Of a DNA stretch of 64,000 nucleotides, positions 58,500 through 64,000 are shown one piece after another. Origin of the DNA: Eubacteriales bacterium (lineage in GTDB: Bacteria > Bacillota > Clostridia > Oscillospirales > CAG-382); assembly GCA_045600105.1 (NCBI GenBank), contig JAZRXG010000007.1, positions 5,270-69,269 of the forward strand, in the 5' to 3' direction. The position numbers and the translations under genes were made by a program. How positions within the stretch are numbered: position 1 is the first letter of the stretch; the number at the start of each line of letters is the position of its first letter. The notes beneath the pieces were generated by a model. That model was not told the DNA's origin. It saw nothing but the letters and a program-made list of their open reading frames with translations, and did not search any database.

Positions 58500-60661
58500 T
58501 ATATTCCAACGAAGTCAACGGCTACACCGTCTGCGTCGTTGACGTCGGAGGCGACCCCGTCACCGTCGTGGGCATCATCCCGTACCTTGCCGAAGGCGAG
58601 CATATCAGAGCGTCCGGCTCGTGGCAGGTGCATCCCACCTTCGGCCGTCAGTTCAGGGTCGACGTCTTTGAAAAGGAGCTCCCGCGCGACGAGGACGCCG
58701 TCTGGCGTTACCTTGCGTCGGGCACCATACGCGGGCTCGGACCCGTCATTGCCAGACGTATCGTCGACCGCTTCGGCAGCGATACGCTCGACGTCATCGA
58801 AAACAACCCCGAATGGCTCAGCGAGATACGCGGCATCACTCCGGCACGGGCAAAGCAGATCGGCGAATCGTTCTGCTCGCAGTTCGGCGCGAGGGAAGCG
58901 ATGGTGTTCCTCACGAACTATTTCGGGCCCTCCCTTTCGGTGAAGATATACAAAAAATACAAATCCGCGTCGTCCGACATAGTCCGCTCTAACCCGTACA
59001 GACTGTGCGACGAGATAGCGGGAGTCGGCTTTGAAAAAGCCGACAGAGTGGCGAGCGAGCTCGGATTCCCGCCCGACTCCCCCGAAAGGCTGCACGCGCT
59101 CGTCAAATATGTGCTTTCCGACGCCGCTTTCGGCGAAGGACACTGCTTTTTGCCCTACGAAGTCCTGCTTGACAGATGTATACGCAAAGCGGGAACGGAC
59201 AAAGGCAATTTCGATTCGGCGCTCGGCGAATGCGTTTCGTCGGGTGAAGTCATAAAGTCCGCGTTCGGCAGCGGCGACGCTTTCGCCCTCGTTTCGGTGC
59301 GCAAGGCCGAGGCGTACACCGCCGAAAAGCTCAAGGCCCTTGCCAAAAACGCAATGCCTTTTCCGCTTGAGGGCGTGCGCGAGCAGATAGCGTATTCCGA
59401 AAAAAAGCAAAAGATAAAATACGACGAAAAACAGATAAAGGCGATAGAAGACGCCGTCACCAACGGGGTCAGCATCGTCACCGGCGGCCCGGGAACGGGC
59501 AAAACGACGGTCATCAACGCCATAATCGACATCCTCGAGGCGCTCAGGGTGCGCTATATGCTCGCCGCCCCCACGGGCAGAGCGGCAAAACGAATGTCCG
59601 ACGCGTCGGGACGCGACGCCAAGACCATACACCGTATGCTCGAAATGAGCTATTCCGACGACGACGGCCCCGTTTTTTCGCGCAATGAGGAAGACCCGCT
59701 TAACGCGAAGGTCTTCATAATCGACGAAACGTCCATGGTGGACGTGTTCCTGATGGAGGCGTTTTTGCGCGCGGTCAAGCCCGATTCGATGATAGTTTTC
59801 ATCGGCGACTGCGACCAGCTGCCGCCCGTCGGCCCCGGCAACGCGCTGAGCGACATGATCGACAGCGGCGTTTTCAGCGTGACGCGGCTCGAGCACATCT
59901 TCCGTCAGGCGGAACAGTCGCTCATCGTAGTCAACGCGCACCGCATCAACAACGGCGAAGAGCCCGATATAAGACGCAGGGACGGCGACTTCTTCTTTAT
60001 GGAGCGCCACGACGCGGACGAGATAAAGACGCTCATCAGCTCACTCTGCCGCGACAGACTGCCCGCCGCCTACGGTCTGCGCCCGCTCGACGACATACAG
60101 GTCATCACGCCGACCCGCCGCGGTGAATGCGGAACTTATGAGCTCAACCGCACGCTTCAGGAGGCGATGAACCCGCCTTCGAAATCGAAAAGAGAAAAAA
60201 AGCTGCGTGACACGATCTTCCGCGAGGGCGACAAGGTCATGCAGATAAAGAACAACTACGACCTCGTCTGGACCAAGGACGGCGACGAAGGCGAAGGCGT
60301 CTTCAACGGCGATATCGGACGGATAATCAGCGTGGATTTCAAATCGGAATGCTTCGTGATAGATTTCGACGGCAGAAGGTGCGAATACGATTTTCTGCTT
60401 TCGGAGGACCTCGAGCTCGCTTACGCCGTCACGGTGCACAAATCGCAGGGAAGCGAATATCCGGCGGTCATAATCCCGGTCTTCCGCTGTCCGCTCCCGC
60501 TGATGACGCGAAACCTGCTTTACACCGCGGTGACCCGTGCCAAAAAGCTGCTCATCGCCGTGGGAGAACCGCCCGTGATGATGAAAATGGCGCAGAACGA
60601 TAAAAAGACGCTGCGCTTCACGGCGCTGCCGTACCTTTTTGAAGAAAGCATTGAGCCTTAA
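58451..60661 (+). CDS. recD2: ATP-dependent RecD2-like helicase
   Basis: YLASGTIRGLG, NPYRL, TGGPGTGKTT, DETSM, GDCDQLPPVG, AVTVHKSQGSE. Confidence 0.95.
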   Translation: MDEERRERIEGSVEEIIYSNEVNGYTVCVVDVGGDPVTVVGIIPYLAEGEHIRASGSWQVHPTFGRQFRVDVFEKELPRDEDAVWRYLASGTIRGLGPVIARRIVDRFGSDTLDVIENNPEWLSEIRGITPARAKQIGESFCSQFGAREAMVFLTNYFGPSLSVKIYKKYKSASSDIVRSNPYRLCDEIAGVGFEKADRVASELGFPPDSPERLHALVKYVLSDAAFGEGHCFLPYEVLLDRCIRKAGTDKGNFDSALGECVSSGEVIKSAFGSGDAFALVSVRKAEAYTAEKLKALAKNAMPFPLEGVREQIAYSEKKQKIKYDEKQIKAIEDAVTNGVSIVTGGPGTGKTTVINAIIDILEALRVRYMLAAPTGRAAKRMSDASGRDAKTIHRMLEMSYSDDDGPVFSRNEEDPLNAKVFIIDETSMVDVFLMEAFLRAVKPDSMIVFIGDCDQLPPVGPGNALSDMIDSGVFSVTRLEHIFRQAEQSLIVVNAHRINNGEEPDIRRRDGDFFFMERHDADEIKTLISSLCRDRLPAAYGLRPLDDIQVITPTRRGECGTYELNRTLQEAMNPPSKSKREKKLRDTIFREGDKVMQIKNNYDLVWTKDGDEGEGVFNGDIGRIISVDFKSECFVIDFDGRRCEYDFLLSEDLELAYAVTVHKSQGSEYPAVIIPVFRCPLPLMTRNLLYTAVTRAKKLLIAVGEPPVMMKMAQNDKKTLRFTALPYLFEESIEP

Positions 60662-60675
60662 GCAAACAGGAAATT
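60645..60675 (+). repeat. Degenerate TTAAGC-type heptamer array
   Basis: aagcattgagccttaagcaaacaggaaa matches the 12270 copy, but the hairpin has decayed. Confidence 0.55.
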
Positions 60676-60767
60676 ATTTTCACGCGGTGCTTGAAAACAG
60701 CGACGTCAACTCACAAGCTCTGAACTTTAAGTTATAAACTCACAAACGGAAAGGACGTAACAACAAA

Positions 60768-62837
60768 ATGAACGAAAAAACAGTACGTTACCGCGGAGGC
60801 GGGATTTCATACGGCGTGGACGTGAGTCCAAAAGGGATCTCGGTCTCACAGATACGCGATACGGTGGAAGAAAAGATCCTTTTCTCGGGCAGACGCCCCG
60901 TGTTCAGCCTTACGGTGCGCGTGCTTGAGGACGGAAAAGAGATATGCGTCAATTCCGAAAAAGGCTGGGAAAGCGTCTCGGCTGACGAAAACGCAATGAT
61001 ATTTGCCGGCAACTCTGCCATCCCCGGCGTCAGCGTCATCATATCCGTCTCGAAGACCGAGGAATTCCTCACCTTCGATACCGAAGTCATAAACACCAAC
61101 GAAAAGCTTTCGGCGTACAAGTGCGATCAGCCGTCGCTCTGGTTCACCAAGAACCGCAACGTCAGATTCTTCTATCCGTACGGCTGCGGCGAAAGCAAGG
61201 TCTCGACCATAAAGGGCGGCTGGAATTCCGAACAGTCCTATCCGTCCTTCGGCGCTTCGATGCAGTACCTCGCGTTCTGGAACGAGGTCACGCGCCGCGG
61301 CGTATACTACGGCTGCCACGACAAAGCGCCTGCGTCCAAAAAGCTCTGCTGCATCGGTGACCCGCACGATAACGATTTCTGCCTCAAATCGTGGCAGTAC
61401 CTCACGGGCATCACCGACGGCAGGAACAGTCAGAAGCTTTCCGGCAGCATCTGTATGTCGGCTTTCGACGGCGACTGGTACGACGCCGCCCTCATCTATA
61501 AAAAATTCATCGAGGAAGAAGCACTTTACGATTCCGAATACGACGAAAACGGCAAAAAAGGCGTTCCCGAATGGCTCCGCAACACCGACTTCTGGTTCAA
61601 CACCCGCGTCATCGACGACGGCGACTTTGCCGAAGACATCATAAAGCAGGCGGAAGTCCTCGGCGTCAAGCCCGCCATACATCTTTACTATTGGCACAAG
61701 ATACCGTACGACAACGACTATCCGCACTATTTCCCCGTAAAGGACAACGTGATCCCCGGACTCAAAAAGCTCCACGACGCGGGCATCAGGGTCATGCCCT
61801 ACATCAACGGACGTCTCTGGGACACCCGCGACAGGGGAATGGAGGACTTCGAGTTCACGTCCGTCGCAAAACCCAACTGCACCAAGGACCTGAACGGAGA
61901 ACCGATAACCGAATCCTACGCTTCCAAGGAAGCAGACGGCAGCCCCGTCGTGCTTTCGGTAATGTGCCCGTCCACCACGCTCTGGCAGGACAAGGTCGCG
62001 TCGCTCGTCAAACAGCTTGAGGAGACCGGCTTCGACGGCGCCTATATCGATCAGATAGCGGCGGCGGAAGCCAAGACCTGCACCGACAGAACGCACAAGC
62101 ATCCGTCGGGCGGCGGCGATTGGTGGTGCGCCGCGTACAATACCATGCTCGAACGCATCGACAGGAACAGAGGCAAGGATTTCTGCCTCACCACCGAATG
62201 TACGGCAGACCCGTTCTCGCGTCATCTCGACGCGTACCTCACGTGGATATGGGTAAAGAACGACCAGGTCCCCGCCTTCCCCGCCATTTTCTCGGACAAG
62301 GTCCTGACCTACGGCACCGACTTCCGCGCGCTCGGCAAGCTCGACTACGATCTTTTCGGCGCCATTGACGAAACGGGCGTGCGTATCTTCGCGTCGCAGT
62401 CGTTCCTGTTCGGTCAGCAGATGGGCTGGATGACCCCCGAGCTCTTCTCACGTATGCCGCACCGGGACTTCTTCTGCAAGCTCGTCAGAGCGAGAGCGAC
62501 CTTCCGCGATTATTTCCTTGCGGGCAGAGTGCTCCGTCCGCCCGTCATCACCGACGACGGCGAAAAGCTGATACTCACCAAGTGCCGCGAGGCGTACAAC
62601 GGATATGTCGAGGCACAATGCGTCAACGGCATGATCTGGCAGTCCAAAAAAACGGGCAGAAAGGTGCTCATCCTCGTCAACTCGGGCAAGACCGACGTGA
62701 ACGCAAAGGTGAAGAGCATACTCCCGAACGGAAAATACACCTTCAAGGGCGACCTTGGAAATGAATTCGAAATCAAAAAAGGCGAATTTGAAATAAAAAT
62801 GCCGCCTCTTTCCTACTGCTACACGGAGGTAGAATAA
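60768..62837 (+). CDS. Putative TIM-barrel glycoside hydrolase (DUF6259-like)
   Basis: DWYDAALIY, HLYYWHKIPYDNDYPHYFP, MPYINGRLWD, FDGAYIDQIAA. Confidence 0.75.
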   Translation: MNEKTVRYRGGGISYGVDVSPKGISVSQIRDTVEEKILFSGRRPVFSLTVRVLEDGKEICVNSEKGWESVSADENAMIFAGNSAIPGVSVIISVSKTEEFLTFDTEVINTNEKLSAYKCDQPSLWFTKNRNVRFFYPYGCGESKVSTIKGGWNSEQSYPSFGASMQYLAFWNEVTRRGVYYGCHDKAPASKKLCCIGDPHDNDFCLKSWQYLTGITDGRNSQKLSGSICMSAFDGDWYDAALIYKKFIEEEALYDSEYDENGKKGVPEWLRNTDFWFNTRVIDDGDFAEDIIKQAEVLGVKPAIHLYYWHKIPYDNDYPHYFPVKDNVIPGLKKLHDAGIRVMPYINGRLWDTRDRGMEDFEFTSVAKPNCTKDLNGEPITESYASKEADGSPVVLSVMCPSTTLWQDKVASLVKQLEETGFDGAYIDQIAAAEAKTCTDRTHKHPSGGGDWWCAAYNTMLERIDRNRGKDFCLTTECTADPFSRHLDAYLTWIWVKNDQVPAFPAIFSDKVLTYGTDFRALGKLDYDLFGAIDETGVRIFASQSFLFGQQMGWMTPELFSRMPHRDFFCKLVRARATFRDYFLAGRVLRPPVITDDGEKLILTKCREAYNGYVEAQCVNGMIWQSKKTGRKVLILVNSGKTDVNAKVKSILPNGKYTFKGDLGNEFEIKKGEFEIKMPPLSYCYTEVE

Positions 62838-62839
62838 AA

Positions 62840-64000
62840 ATGGAACTTTCTTTTCACAGAAACAAGGACATACTCCACGTGAACAACTGCCGTCTCCGCT
62901 CCTACTATATCCCGTATGAGAGCGAAGAAAAGGCAATTAAGGGCGAAAGAAGCGAAAGCGCCTTCTTCCAATCGCTCTGCGGTGAATGGGGATTCACCTG
63001 GTACGGATCCGAAAAAGAGCTTCCCGAATTCACGTCGGGCTCCTATGTTCCCAAGGACACCCTTCCCGTACCGTCCTGCTGGCAGGTCTTCCTCGGCAGA
63101 GGCTACGACGTACCCAACTACACCAACATCGTTTATCCGTTCCCCATCGATAACCCGCCCGAGGTCCCCGAGGATGACCCCTGCGGACTTTATTCGCGCA
63201 AGTTCAACGTGAACAAGAACGGAAAACGTGTCTATATCAACTTCGAAGGCGTCGATTCCTGCTTTTATCTGTTCATCAACGACGCTTTCGCGGGCTACAG
63301 CCAGGTGTCGCACTGCACCACCGAGATCGACATAACCGACAAGGTGCACGACGGCGAGAACGACATCAAGGTGCTCGTCTTCAAGTGGTGTGACGGCTCA
63401 TATCTCGAGGATCAGGACAAGTTCCGTCTTTCGGGCATTTTTCGCGAAGTTTTCCTGCTTTACAGAAGCGAAGACCACGCGGGCGATATCGTCGTGAAGC
63501 CCACCCTCAACGACGATTTCACCGTGGGCAACGTGGAAATAAAAACCGACAAGCCCTATACCGCTGTCCTTTACGCTCCCGACGGCAGCGCCGTCCCGCT
63601 GAACGACATTTCGTCGCCTAAGCTCTGGAGCGACGAGATACCCGACCTCTACAAGCTCATCGTAAAATGCGGCGACGAATACATCCCGTTCGACATCGGC
63701 TTCCGCACGATAATGATCAAGGACCGCGTCGTTTACATCAACGGCAAAAACGTCAAGGCGCGCGGCGTCAACCGTCACGACTCGCATCCCACCAAGGGCT
63801 ACGCCGTCAGCATGGAAGACATGGAAAACGACATAAAGATAATGAAGGCCCACAATATCAACATGATAAGGACGAGCCATTATCCCAACGACCCGCGTTT
63901 CTACACGCTCTGCGACAGATACGGACTTTACGTCTGTGATGAGGCGGACATCGAGACCCACGGTATGCAGAGAATGGGCAACTGGGGATATTTCACCGAT
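62840..64000 (+). CDS. Beta-galactosidase (GH2), 5' part, runs off the window
   Basis: Frame translated by hand: YTNIVYPFP, FEGVDSC, YLEDQDKFRLSGIFR, GVNRHD, IRTSHYPND. Confidence 0.92.
   Translation, partial: MELSFHRNKDILHVNNCRLRSYYIPYESEEKAIKGERSESAFFQSLCGEWGFTWYGSEKELPEFTSGSYVPKDTLPVPSCWQVFLGRGYDVPNYTNIVYPFPIDNPPEVPEDDPCGLYSRKFNVNKNGKRVYINFEGVDSCFYLFINDAFAGYSQVSHCTTEIDITDKVHDGENDIKVLVFKWCDGSYLEDQDKFRLSGIFREVFLLYRSEDHAGDIVVKPTLNDDFTVGNVEIKTDKPYTAVLYAPDGSAVPLNDISSPKLWSDEIPDLYKLIVKCGDEYIPFDIGFRTIMIKDRVVYINGKNVKARGVNRHDSHPTKGYAVSMEDMENDIKIMKAHNINMIRTSHYPNDPRFYTLCDRYGLYVCDEADIETHGMQRMGNWGYFTD

Overview
A 64-kb, moderately GC-rich chromosomal window from what looks like a spore-forming Clostridia-class bacterium (inferred from ytvI, a PdaA-like deacetylase, ricA-mutSL, rny-ymdB, class B sortase and the rnf operon). 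Most of it is housekeeping and carbohydrate metabolism: tig-clpP-clpX, rny-ymdB-yajC, malic enzyme-NlpC/P60-miaB-ricA-mutS-mutL-tgt, apbE-rnfCDGEAB, recD2, ychF, a stand-alone cpsC/cpsD/cpsB tyrosine-kinase module, and GH172, GH78, GH2, DUF4855 and DUF6259-like proteins. Two AT-rich accessory islets stand out. (1) About 6.3-9.4 kb, next to tRNA-Gln/tRNA-Glu: a controller protein with a C-box, an IceA/NlaIII-family HNH endonuclease, and two methyltransferases (one m5C, one amino-type), followed by a duplicated tRNA 3' fragment and a symmetric multi-hairpin element. (2) About 12.35-14.95 kb: an XRE regulator divergent from a translationally coupled DUF4417 + Tox-GHH nuclease + putative immunity + small protein operon with no delivery domain or integrase; this is the best candidate for an undescribed system. 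A dispersed element made of a heptamer tandem array plus a covarying hairpin occurs at least seven times. No CRISPR array, rRNA or transposase was seen. All family assignments come from motif recognition by eye, not from database searches.
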